A stretch of DNA of 64,000 nt. Source: Malacoraja senta. Lineage: Eukaryota. The stretch covers positions 228,346,001 to 228,410,000 of the forward strand of contig CM075977.1 in the NCBI GenBank assembly GCA_038087875.1, read 5' to 3'. The notes under the pieces are model-generated. The model did not search any database. It had not been told where the DNA came from and was given only the letters and a program-made list of their open reading frames with translations. This document shows, one piece after another, positions 33,215 to 45,110 of the stretch. A program made the position numbers and the translations under genes. Within the stretch, counting starts at the first letter, position 1. Every line of letters begins with the position of its first letter.

Positions 33215-33764
33215 TCTATTGTGTACAGTTTTGGTCTCCTAATTTGTGGAAGGACATCCTTGTGATTGAGGCAGTGCAGCGTAGGTTCACGAGATTGATC
33301 CCTCGGGTTGGCGGGACTGTCATACGAGGAAAGATTGAAAAGACTAGGCTTGTATTCACTGGAGTTTAGAAGGATGAGGGGGAATCTTATAGAAACATAT
33401 AAAATTATAAAAGGACTGGACAAGCTAGATGCAGGAAAAATGTTCCCAATGTTGGGCGAGTCCAGAACCAGGGGCCACAGTCTTAGAATAAAGGGGAGGC
33501 CATTTAGGACTGAGGTGAGAAAAAACTTTTTCACCCAGAGAGTTGTGAATTTGTGAAATTCCCTGCCACAGAGGGCAGTGGAGGCCAAATCAGTGGATGG
33601 ATTTAAGAGAGAGTTAGATAGAGCTCTAGGGGCTGGTGGAATCAAGGGATATGGGGAGAAGGCAGGCAAGGGTTATTGATTGGGGACGATCAGCCATGAT
33701 CACAATGAATGGCGGTGCTGGCTCGAAGGGCCGAATGGCCTCCTCCTGCACCTATTTTCTATGT
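33215..33764 (+). mobile_element. Short CR1/HER1-type LINE 3' fragment inserted in Gypsy gag
   Basis: RT C-terminal ORF 33308..33556 and tail; flanking direct repeat TTCAATAAT at 33206-33214 and 33765-33773. Removing it rejoins gag (...IANYIIE...). Confidence 0.88.
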
Positions 33765-34118
33765 TTCAATAATGTAATTTGCAATAAAAAAACATTTCCA
33801 TTCGCTCACAGTACGAGGTAAAGGTTTCACAGTTCTTGTCAAGAGTACCTAGTCGGCCTATGAATCCCAAGGACGCCATCTTGCCCCATAGACACAACAC
33901 AACGATAGCCTGACAAACTCTAACGATTTATACAGCTGCTGTTTTAAACTACAGTCCCATGCTTAGAAGGATCTGCGGACTATCGTGTCCAGTTCGCAAA
34001 CAACTGCGACACAGCTTCATATTTACAGTTTAAAATGTTAAACAATACTGCATGTTGCAAAACAGTCCAGCACTGTATTTAAAGGTTCAGTTCACAAATT
34101 ATCCAATCCTCGTCGCCT

Positions 34119-34335
34119 TTTTCAGAGATTATGGCTTCAGCATGTAGATAGAAACAAGCACACGTTTTCAGCACACGCTGTTGCCAGTGTGGGTCTTCTT
34201 TCTTTTTTTAAAGTATACTGCACATACTCACACATCTTCAACAGACTGATAAGATATAGAATATATCACTTGACACAAATCATACCATTATAGTACTCAG
34301 TACTTAAAGTTACAGTTACTATGATAATCACTGCA
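34119..34335 (-). repeat. 5' LTR of the Gypsy element
   Basis: Colinear with 18268-18479 (roughly 85% identical by eye); adjacent PBS-like sequence. Confidence 0.88.
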
Positions 34336-35159
34336 GGTCTGAAGTAGAGTTTCGACCCAAAACATCACCTATTCCTTTTCTCCAGAGATGCTGCCTGGCC
34401 TGCTGACACTTACTCCAGCATTTTGCATCTATCTTCGATGTAAACCAGCATCTGCAGTTCCTTCTTATGCATTTTCAGGTTGGTGATACTTTATCTAAAT
34501 TGGGAAAGATACAAATTACCTTTCTAAATTATTAAAAAACGATGTTTTGCATCTCTTTTACTAGTTTTCACAAAGGTTTGTAAACCCAAAACTTTGACTG
34601 TTTCCCTTTGCACAGATGATGCCCCACTTGCTGAGATTTCCCAGCATTCTTTGCTTTAGTTAAGTAGAAAAAGCAAGAATTTCATTGTCCTATCAGGGAC
34701 ACATGACAATAAACTCTCTTGAATCTTGAATCTTGAATCTTTAGTTACAGATTTTCAGCAGATGCAGGATTTATTTTGATTCTCTTGAACGGTTTCGGTC
34801 TCTTTATTTAGGAAGGAATATATTTGCTTCAAAAGGTAATTCAGAAAGAATTTACTTGATTCATTCCTGGGATGAAATGGGATAGTCTTACGGGGAAAAG
34901 ATGAGCAAGATGAGAAAAAATGGTGAAGACGAGAATATGTTTTGCATTATAGATTTATGTATTGAGTGTGAACATTTTAAAATCATGTTGTTTTGGCCAT
35001 TGCAATTTTAGGACTTGTTTGGTGTTTTGAAAACACCAGGATCCCTTGCTGTTGCAATGGTCCTTCACCCAAAGTTGTACGGGAGGAATGTAGAGTCTGT
35101 TAGGACCCCAGCTTTGGAATTGGACGGTAATGTGCTTAAATTGCATTGCCTATGCAGTG

Positions 35160-35295
35160 ATCCTGACACCAAGGGGTATGGGGGAGAAGCAGGAGCAGGG
35201 GACTGATTTTTGATGATCAGCCATGATCATATTGAATGGCGGTGCTGGCTCGAACGTCGAATGGCCTACTCCTGCACCTATTTTTCTATGTTTCA
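35160..35295 (+). mobile_element. CR1/HER1-type LINE 3' tail fragment
   Basis: gatcagccatgatcatattgaatggcggtgc...cctactcctgcacctatttttctatgtttc. Confidence 0.8.
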
Positions 35296-35384
35296 ATCTT
35301 TACCTTCTGAACCTTCTGAATTTTGTAGTCGGTAGGGCAGTACTCTGCGTATCGCCAACTTGGACAATTTAACATTTTTATCAA

Positions 35385-35583
35385 GCCTATTAATCAAGCC
35401 AATTAACCTACAAACCTGTACGTCTTTGGAATGTGGGAGGAAACCGAAGATCTCGGAGAAAACCCACACAGATCATGGGGAGAACGTACAAACTCCATAC
35501 AGACAGCACTCGTAGTCGGGATCGAACCCGGGTCTCTGGCGCTGCATTTTGCTGTAAGGCAGCAACTATACCGCTGTGCCATC
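35385..35583 (-). mobile_element. HE1/V-SINE fragment
   Basis: Same A/B-box-like head and V-domain as 15678-15986. Confidence 0.75.
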
Positions 35584-35924
35584 ATGACTTTAATCCTGAC
35601 ACCAACTCTTACACCTCAGCAGTATGATTATTGACTTCTCTAACTTCAAGTAACCCTTGCTTTCCCTCTCTCCCCATCCCTCCCCATCCCTCCCCCTTCC
35701 CAGTTCTCTGACCAGACTGTCCGCCTGATTACATTTTATCTCTGTTTGCTTCGTTGTCAACTTGTCCGAGCTAACAATGATCTATTCTACATTTTCCTTG
35801 AACTCCATCTCTGTTGATGTCTCGTTTTCACACCTTACACTTCCTTATCTCTGTGTCTCCCTCTCCCCTGACTTTCAGTCTGAAGAAGGGTCTCGAATGT
35901 CGCCCATTTCTTCTCTCCAGTGTC

Positions 35925-36400
35925 ATAGAGTCATAGAGTGTTACAGTGTGGAAACAGGCCCTTCGGTCCAACTTGCCTTGTACCTGTCTAACTGTTTCTT
36001 AAAAATGGGATAGTCCCAGCCTCAACTACATCCTATGGCAGCTTGTTCCATACCCACCACCCTTAGTGTAAAAAAGTTACCCCTCGGATTCCTATTAAAT
36101 CTTTCCCCCCTCACCTTGAGCCTATGTCCTCTGGTCCTCAATTCCCCTACTCTGGGCAAGAGACTCTGTGGATCTACCCGATCTATTCCTCTCATGATTT
36201 TGTACATCTCTATAAGATCACCCCTCATCCTCCTGCACTCCATGGAATAGAGACCCAGTCTACTCAACCTTTCCCTATAGCTCACACTCTCTAGTCCTGA
36301 CAACATCCTCGTAAATCTTTTCTGAACCCTTTCAAGCTTGACAATATCTTTCCTATAACATGGTGCCCAGAACTGATCACAATATTCTAGATGCAGTCTC
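35925..36400 (-). mobile_element. CR1/HER1-type LINE 3' fragment
   Basis: ORF 36022..36306 (YRERLSRLGLYS...RGDLIE...RGNFFT) plus (ctatga)n tail. Confidence 0.85.
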
Positions 36401-36913
36401 AGTAGGCGAGATCGGTCAAATTCAGCATGGATTTATGAAAGGGAAATCACGCTTGACTAATTTTGGAATTTTTTGAGGATGTAACAAGTAGAATGGATAA
36501 GGGAGAGCAAGTGGATGTGGTGGATCTAGACTTTCAAAAAGTCTTTGACATGGTCCCACACAAGAGATTAGTGTGAATAATTAGAGCACATGGTATTGGG
36601 AGTAGGTTATTGACATGGATAGAGAACTTGTTGGCAGACAGGAAGCAAATTGTAAGAATTAACTTGTCCTTCTCAGAATGGCGGGCAGTGACTAGTGGGG
36701 TGCCGCAAGGCTCATTGCTGGAACACCAGTTGTATACAATATAGATGAACGATTTAGACGAGGAAATTAAATGTAACATCTCTAGGTCTGCGGATGACAC
36801 AAAGCTGGGTGGCAGTGTGAGCTGCGAGGAGGATGCTATGAGGTTGCAGGATGACTTGGATAGGTTGGGTGAGTGGGAAGAAGCATGGCAGATGCAGTAT
36901 AATGTGGATAAAT

Positions 36914-39900
36914 AGTAAGATTAAATGAGAACTTACCAGTTTGAAGTTTGTTCTTTATTTTATGAGGAGTAACATTGAGGGATTAAGTGAAGACCCCGCC
37001 AGCACACATGCGCGTCAATCTTCAAAGCAGCGGTGTGAAATCACAGATAACAGTAGTTGAACTGAACATAGTAAGATAAGAGAACTAGAATGCCAGTTGA
37101 CCTTTATGATAGAGGGTGGGCGTGGAGGGCACGTAATCCCTCAACGTTACTCATCATAAAATAAAGATCAAACTTCAAACTGGTAAGTTTTCGTTTAATC
37201 TTACTTTTACTTCGGAGTCACGTGAGTGACTACGTGAAGATTTTAAAGCTCTGTGATTTCATGCCGTGGAACGAGTCCATGCGTCACACACTGTCGTAAT
37301 TGACCAAAGGAGGAAGTATGTTAACATATTCAGACATGAATCAGTTGTTCAAAACAATGATAAATTTGTTAACAAACAATAATAACCCTTTTCATTCGGG
37401 GTAAATTATAATACAGAACTTAAAATGAGTCTGTAAACACCGCAGGTTTGGCAACCGGTTTGTTATAAAATTGCTGAGAGGTCCTCTCTCTTAGACCATC
37501 CTGCTGTACCAAGGATGTGGTCCATGGGGACTTCCAACTCCCTTGCTGCCGATGTTGCTGCAGCCCTGGTGGAATGAGACTTAAAAACACCAGTATCCAC
37601 CCCTGCAGCCCCCAAAACCTGTCTAAGACACCTTGATATGTTTGCACGGATACCCTAGTATGAGGCTGTTTATGGCTGAGCAACAACGCCATGTCCTTGC
37701 CTCTAAGATGCTTTGTGACTTATATAATGTAATAGATGCATCATAATGCATAGGCGACCATCTATAGGGTATGCTCAGAACTCCAATTTGAGGCCTGATG
37801 ATCCAGGCCTTTTTGCTTCTCTAATTCATAGATGTAAGGAGTTATTTTATTGGTCGATATGGCAATCATGTCCAGCCTTAATTTGTGCAGTGACTGAACC
37901 TGTTGTGTCGAGACTAGTGCCATCAACATGACTATTTTATGTGTTAGTGTTTCCCCCAGGGACAGGTATGTTGCTGGTGATCAACCCCTGAGCAACGTTA
38001 GGACAACACTCACATCCCAACCCTGGGAGTACCTTGCCCTAGGGGATTGGTGTTGAAGATACCCCTCATTAGTTTTGATACCAGAGGGTGAGATCCAACA
38101 GTATGATGTTCTAATCCCTGCCACAAGTAAGCTGATAGGGCACTCCTGGCGTAGTTAATGGTACTGTAGCTGAGACCTTCATCAATGTGAAGGCCAGCCA
38201 AGAATTCCAGTACATTTGTCACAGTAGCCGTGTTGTATGTGATGTTGGGCCTGACACAATATATCTCCCATTTCCTGATATATGACAGATATTGATTTCT
38301 GGTGGATTCCCTGTGTGCCGCCGTGATCATATTCATGGTTCGGTCCGTCAGCCCAAGATCCAGAAGTGGTCTTTTCAAATTTTGCAAATCAACAGATTTA
38401 ACCTGTCATGGCATGGGTGACTTTCGCCCGTCACAGGATGGACCAACAAATCCGGCCTCACATGATATCGATTTGATTCCACCCATATGATTAGTATATG
38501 CCACCACCGTGGTATTATCAATCTGTAGGCAAACATGCAGGTGGTGCATTATTGAGCAGTACGCCTTTAGCCCATAGAACGCACCCAACATCTCTAACTA
38601 GTTTATACCAAGTGTCTGAAGTAAAGGCCCATGTACATCCCATCCGCCACCGCAGCTGGAGATGGTATTGGTAGCACACCATCCGTGAGTGCTGGCATCA
38701 ATTTGTAACACAACTGAAGGGTTGTTGAAAATGATGGGGCTGGAGCAAAGCCGAATGTTTTTGCCTCCACCATTGTAATTCCAAAACTGCTTAGCTGGTA
38801 GTTGCATTGGTATGTTGAAATGACCAGCATGATGTTTGAGTGCTTGCACCCTTGATCTCTGTAAATTTTAGTAATGCAAAGGTCCAAACTGTGTGGCTGG
38901 AAAAGCCGCCACAAACTTACCAATCACCCTACTGCTTGTCGAATAGATGGTTGACTGATGACAACAAGGCTGTTACAGGCCTCCATTAAGTCTGCTGCCT
39001 TGCCCCTTGGCAAAGTCACAGAGATGTGACTGAATCAATAGTGAACCCTAAATAATCCATTCTCGTAGAAGGCGTCAACTTAGATCTATCTGGATGGATG
39101 ATGAAGCCCAGTTTTGCTAGTATTGCAGTTTTACATGGTTAGATGCCTCTAAGCAGATGACAATGCCTTTATCCTTTGTGTGCTGTACAAACAAGTGTAA
39201 ATATTACCAACTTGTGAGTGGTCCACTTACCCATGTTTTGGAGTGACAAACACACCTTGTTGAGTAGGACTGGTAGGGTGCGTAGAACCTGTGCCCAGCT
39301 GTCATGCTGCCACCAACTTCAGTGAACCGCTTACTGCCGATGAAGGCATGGGGTGCGTTGTTGCTGAAACGATGAAGCTTTGCCCGCCATTGGCCTCTTT
39401 AGCTTCGTCCACCAGGTTTTACCTGTTGAATAGGCCTTACCTGAACAGAAGATTCGGCGGCTGGCTCTCATCCCCCTGATAGCGTTGTTCACTGCCGGCA
39501 CGCATGTGCTCCAATAAGTCAACATCTTAAATCCGGAGTCAGTTCCATCCGACCTTTCACACTCCCCTCCTCAGAGAGGGCGGTTCGTAGGCAGCCCTGA
39601 ACAGGTGCTGCCGCAGGCCCTTGAGGAAACCTGCGCTGATACGGGCCCCTCCAATGGACCTATACCAGGATGGAACATCTGTTGGGATGGCAAATTTGTT
39701 GTCAGGAACGGTACCTCTGACACGTGCCCTTCATCCCTTGGGGTATGCTCCACGGTTATACCCTCAGACTCGGCGTCAGAATTACACTGACCCGGCATGC
39801 TCTCCTCCTCCAAGAGGGAGACATGAAGCAGCCCTGTCCCAGGTGCTGCGGGCGCGGCCTCTACAATAGGCCGGCGCTGTCACCCTGGGAGGTAGAGGAG

Positions 39901-41697
39901 CTGGAATACGGGGTTGGCGCATCTTCCACAAAGGCCGTTCTGGGCTGTACGGCCTTTGAGCTTTCACCAGCTTCAGTGTATCGGGTTGCTGGTGGATGCG
40001 TAGGGGTGCTGCCGCCGGAGTTGTGAGGTCTTGCCCGATGATGTTGCCTTCATGAGCCCTTGTCATCTGCTTAGAGGCATCTAACCATGTAAAACTGCAA
40101 TACTAGCAAAACTGGGCTTCATCATCCATCCAGATAGATCTAAGTCGAGCTCCTTGACCTGTTTCGATAGGTTGCCCCAAATGGCAGTATCGGTGGTGTG
40201 TGTTACTGGTCTCCGATCGGGAAAACGCCGTTATCCCTGAAGCGAGCAGTTTGAGGATCTTTTGCAGCTTGCCCTCCTGGGCTTTGATGCCTGCACTGAT
40301 ATACCCCCAGATCGATCTGTTCACCGCAGGAAACATTGAGGGAAACAAAGTTCTCTGGTGCTAGGTATTTGGCAGTTGTTTCATTCACAGCCTGTTCCTG
40401 CAGCTGGTTGTTCCTGCACCCCTAGCACACTTGTGGCATCTTCAGCCAAACCCCTGTCTTCGGAGTTAGCCCAGAAGTGACTCCCAATGCTCCCCTCTGT
40501 CGAGGGAGATGCATTATGCAGCCCACTATAAGGTGCTGCCATGGGTGTCCTAGGAGACCCATGGTGACAAGTCTCCATATCCCGGAGCATGTCACGTTAG
40601 AGCATCTGCTCCATCAACCGCTCCATGCGGGATATGCGATCACGGTTGCTGCCCACGGCCCGACTCGTCCGAGCCTACAGGCCTGTCCGACTTCTGCTTG
40701 CCCTTCCCGCCAGTCCGTGGTGTCGATTTGGACTGTGCAGGTGCCAGGTCGGAGACTGCTGATCGCATAGATAGCGATCCAGGTGCAGTCGGCCGCTGCT
40801 GACTGCCCGCCCTTCCGCGGTCCTCCGTAGTCAGTCTGAATGCGATCCATTAGACTTAGTCTTGGACTTGTCCATAGTTCCTTTCCTGCAACAGAATTTG
40901 CACAGAAAACAGAACAAAAAACGACCTCAGAATAAAGTGCTTACCTGCAGGTCCTGTTTTTAAACATACCTCTGCGGGGGCAACGCTCCTCCTCCTGCCG
41001 TCGTTGCAGTCGGGATTCCCCTGCGGTCCCTGTAAAGGGGATCCCCGCGAGAACCATAGTCTCTGTAGCGGGTTCCCGTGGTCCGTGGGCGGCTTCCCCG
41101 CGTTGTTCCCCGTCGGGTTTTCCCCCACCGGGCTGGGTATCCCCGCGATATCCATAGTCGGGGGGGTCCTCGTAGTTTTCCCAGCCGGGATTTCCCCGCG
41201 GTCCCGTAAAAGGGATCCCCGCGATATTCATAGTGGGGGTGGGGGGTATCCCCGCTTTCTTCGCAGCCGGGATTTCCCCGCGGTCCTGTAAAAGGGATCC
41301 CCGCGATATCCACAGTGGGGGGTATCCCCGCTGTTTTCGCAGCCGGTGATTTCCCCGCGGTCCCGTAAACGGGATCCCACGATCCATAGTGGGGGGGGGT
41401 ATCCCCGCTGTTTTCGCAGCCGGGATTCCCCCCCCCCTCCCGCGGTCCCTGTGAGAGGGATTCCCCCGCCGGGAGGAGCCAGGATTTCGACCCCGGGACG
41501 GCTTCCAGCAGGAACTCTGCAAGAGCTTCCTGCAATTGGAAAATAAACCTGGAAAATTTGAAAATATTTACCTTCTGGTTTGAGCTCGTGGAGCAGCGCG
41601 CCACCAGCCCATCATAGCGCAATGCGAGAGGCGATATGACGCGCATGCATGCTGGTGGGGTCTTCACGTAGTCACTCACGTGACTCCGAAGTAAAAT
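36914..41697 (-). mobile_element. DIRS1-like tyrosine-recombinase retrotransposon (copy 2), both ends intact, internally rearranged
   Basis: Termini like copy 1; ICR 37130-37240; YR remnant 38010..38387; RNase H remnant (LQIDASTHGW, IDNTTVVAY); RT piece GFIIHPDRSKLTP; gag remnant (PAVNRSIW). Confidence 0.9.
41005..41470 (-). repeat. GC-rich imperfect tandem repeat (about 60-80 bp units) in the DIRS copy 2 leader
   Basis: Recurrent gggatt(t)ccccgcggtcccgtaaa(a)gggatccccgcgatatccatagtggggg blocks. Confidence 0.9.
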
Positions 41698-43040
41698 TTG
41701 AGGTTATCCACTTTGGTGACAAGAACAGGAAGGCAGATTATTACCTGAATGGTGTCAGATTATGAGAAGGGGAGGTGCAATGAGACTTGGGTGTGCTTGT
41801 ACATCAGTCACTGAAAATAAGCATGCAGGCACAGCAGGAAGTGAAGAAAGCTAACGGCATGTTGGCCTTTATTGTGAGAGGATTTGAGTTTAGGAGCAAA
41901 GAGGTCCTACTACAGTTGTATAGGGCCCTGGTGAGACCGCATCTGGAGTATTGTGTGCAATTTTGGTATCTTAATTTGTGGAAGGACATTATTGCTATTG
42001 AGGGAGTGCAGCATAGGTTCACCAGGTTAATTCCCGGGATGGCGGGACTGACATATAATGAAAGAAAGGGTCGACTGGGCATGTATTCGATGGAATTTAG
42101 ATGGATGAGAGTGGATCTTATAGAAACATACCAAAATCTTAGAGGATTGGACAAGGTAGTTGCAGGAAAAATGTTCCCGATGTTGGGGGAGTCCAGAACC
42201 AGGGGTCACAGTTTAAGAATAAGGGGTAGGCCATTTAGGACTGAGATGAGGAAAAACTTTTTCACCCAGAGAGTTGTGAATCTGTGGAATTCTCTGCCGC
42301 ATAAGGCAGTGGAGGCCATTTCACTGGATGGTTTCAAGAGAGTTAGACTTTGCTCTTAGGGCTAAGGGAATCAAGGGATATGGTGAAAAAGCCAGAACGA
42401 GGTACTGATTTTGGATGACCAGCCATGTTCATATTGAATGGTGGTGCTGGCTCAAAGGGCCGAATGGCCTACTCCTGCAACTATTTTCTATGTTTCTATG
42501 TTTCTATGTATTTATACATTATTCTCCCTGCAAAATATATCAAGCATGTTTCGCTTTTTAAATTAAAAGTTATAGTGAAATTTTTAATGGGATAGTAAAC
42601 TTTACCATTGCTAAAATAATCTTTTGCCCATTAAGAATTACTTTTATATTTGTGGATTGTGTTTATTCCAAAGTATTTGAAATTATGAGTACATTTGAAG
42701 AATGAAAACAATATTTAAAAAATATTTATATAATTCACTGACTCTTTTCTCTGATGCATTTGTGCTCTGCATGTTGTTTAAAGCACTTATCAAAAATTGC
42801 ACCTTTTGCATTCTGTTTGTAACTTATGAGTATCTGTCCGCTTGAAGACACTACTTACCAGCGATTCCCTGGAATAGTGGGTGTTTTTGCTTTGCTGCTG
42901 ATTACAGAATTCAGGCCCATATGTTAAGATATTTCTGCAACTCCCGTTTCCACAAAACCTACTGAGTGGTGGTCTGCTGCATTGACATGTGGCCTTCATT
43001 TTGTTTGTCATCAAAAAAAGTAAAAGCAAACTATGACAAA

Positions 43041-43835
43041 TTAGAAACATAGAAACATAGAAACATAGAAAATAGGTGCATGAGTAGGCCATTCGGCCCT
43101 TCGAGCCTGCACCGCCATTCAATATGATCATGGCTGATCATCCAACTCAGTATCCCATCCCTGCCTTCTCTCCATACCCCCTGATCCCTTTAGCCACAAG
43201 GGCCACATCTAACTCCCTCTTAAATATAGCCAATGAACTGGCCTCAACTACCTTCTGTGGCAGAGAATTCCACAGATTCACCACTCTCTGTGTGAAAATT
43301 GATTTTCTCATCTCGGTCCTAAAAGACTTCCCTCTTATCCTTAAACTGTGACCCCTAGTTCTGGAGTTCCCCAACATCGGGAATAATCTTCCTGCATCTA
43401 GCCTGTCCAACCCCTTAAGAATTTTGTACGTTTCTATAAGATCCCCCCTCAATCTTCTAAATTCTACCGTGTACAAGCCGAGTCTATCCAGTCTTTCTTC
43501 ATATGAAAGTCCTGCCATCCCAGGAATCAGTCTGGTGAACCTTCTCTGTGCTCCCTCTATGGCAAGAATGTCTTTCCTCAGATTAGGAGACCAAAACTGT
43601 ATGCAATACTCCAGGTGTGGTCTCACCAAGACCCTGTACAACTGCAGTAGAACCTCCCTGCTCTTATACTCAAATCCTTTTGCTATGAATGCTAACATAC
43701 CATTTGCTTTCTTCACTGCCTGCTGCACCTGCATGCCTACTTTCAATGATTGGTGTACCATGACACCCAGGTCTCGTTGCATCTCCCCTTTTCCTAATCA
43801 GCCACCATTCAGATAATAGTCTACTTTCCTGTTTT
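43041..43835 (-). mobile_element. CR1/HER1-type LINE family B 3' fragment
   Basis: ORF 43147..43782 is near-identical to other family B copies; (ctatgttt)n tail. Confidence 0.93.
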
Positions 43836-44329
43836 TGAAATGATGCTACAAGTCAAAGAACGGGATTTGCACAAAATAAGTTTTGAAGCAATGAAGCATT
43901 TTATTTGTTCAATGAAGATAAAAAAGCAAATGCAACTATATAAAGCTAAAAATGCATTAAGAAAACACAATGTAGTTGAACAACATCTGACATGGAGGCC
44001 GAATCATGTTTCAGTAGAGGGCGCTGTAGGCTGTGGATTCCAGTGGCGTTTGGGATTCCACACACCATCCATTTGGTTCCCATGGTGTTTTTACGGTATA
44101 GGCATTCTCTAGATGTCACGGCCGTAGCAGGTGTCTGCAGGGGGAGGTGGGGGTTTGCATTGGGGTTCTCCAGGTAAAGTTGGCTTTTGGTTGCAATTCT
44201 TGCAGCTGCAACAAAATATATGATCAATCAAAGATATATTTCTCATTAACACAGTCATAGAGCTATGCCACACATAAATATGCCCTTCAGCCCAACTCCC
44301 TCATGCTGACCAACATTCAAACTGAGCTA

Positions 44330-45110
44330 GCCCAGTTTCCCCTATCCCTCTGAATCTTTTCTATCCACTTATCTGTCCAAATGTTTTTTAACATTGTAAC
44401 TATATCCACCTCTGCAACTCATTCTGGTAGCTTGTTCTCGAAGCCCATCACCCTCTACATGGAGAAAAATTATCCTTCCCGTCCCTTTAAATCTTCCCCC
44501 CTCACCTTAAATCTATGCTCTTTAGTTTTAGAATCCCTGCTCTGGGAATATGCTGTGATCATCCACTTTCTTCACACTCCTCCTGATCACATATTCCTCT
44601 ATAAGGTCACCACTCTACCTCCTACAATCCAGGGGTAAAGGTCCCAGCCCATTTTGCCTCTTTGTAACTCAAGCCCTCCAATCCCTGTTACATCCCCATA
44701 AATTTCTTCTATCCCCTTATCAGATTAATGACATATTTTCTGTAGCTTGGTGAGCAGGACTGCACATAGAACACCAAGTGTGGTCTCACCATGACTTTTA
44801 GAACTGTAACATGATGTCCAAATTTCCATAGTCAATGGAAATCGCCCCTAACCAATGAAGAGAAGTGTGCCAAACACATTCACCCCCCCCCCCCTTTCTA
44901 TCTGTGTTGCCACTTTCAGGGAACTATGTACGTGTAACTCTAAGCCCCTGCATTCTACAATACTCTGCAGGGTCCTACCATTTACTGTGTATATCATGCC
45001 CAGGTTTAACTTGCAATAGGCACTTGTCAAAGTTAAATTCCATCTGCAATTCCTTGGCTCACTCCTCCAATTCATCCAGCTCCTGTTGTAATCTTAGATA
45101 ACTGTCTTCA
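44330..45110 (-). mobile_element. Old, decayed CR1-type LINE 3' fragment
   Basis: Degenerate RT C-terminal motifs (LHVHSSLKVATQ) with many stops. Confidence 0.65.

Larger units (their letters stand above)
18268..34335 (-). mobile_element. Ty3/Gypsy (Mag-like) LTR retrotransposon with both LTRs, about 11.4 kb of nested insertions inside
   Basis: LTRs 18268-18479 and about 34119-34335; TSD GGTCT at 18263-18267 and 34336-34340. PPT AAGGGGAGAGCAG next to 18479; PBS-like AGGCGACGAGG at 34108-34118. Gag ATG at 33879, CCHC knuckles, protease DTAA, RT, RNase H (CDAS), integrase HHCC and D,D residues. Confidence 0.92.
36405..42510 (+). mobile_element. Decayed CR1/HER1-type LINE fragment split by DIRS copy 2 (36405-36913 and 41698-42510)
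   Basis: RT sequence stops at ...aatgtggataaat and resumes at ttgaggttatccactttgg, colinear with the family B copy near 27640; ORF 41787..42359; tail near 42490. Confidence 0.88.
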
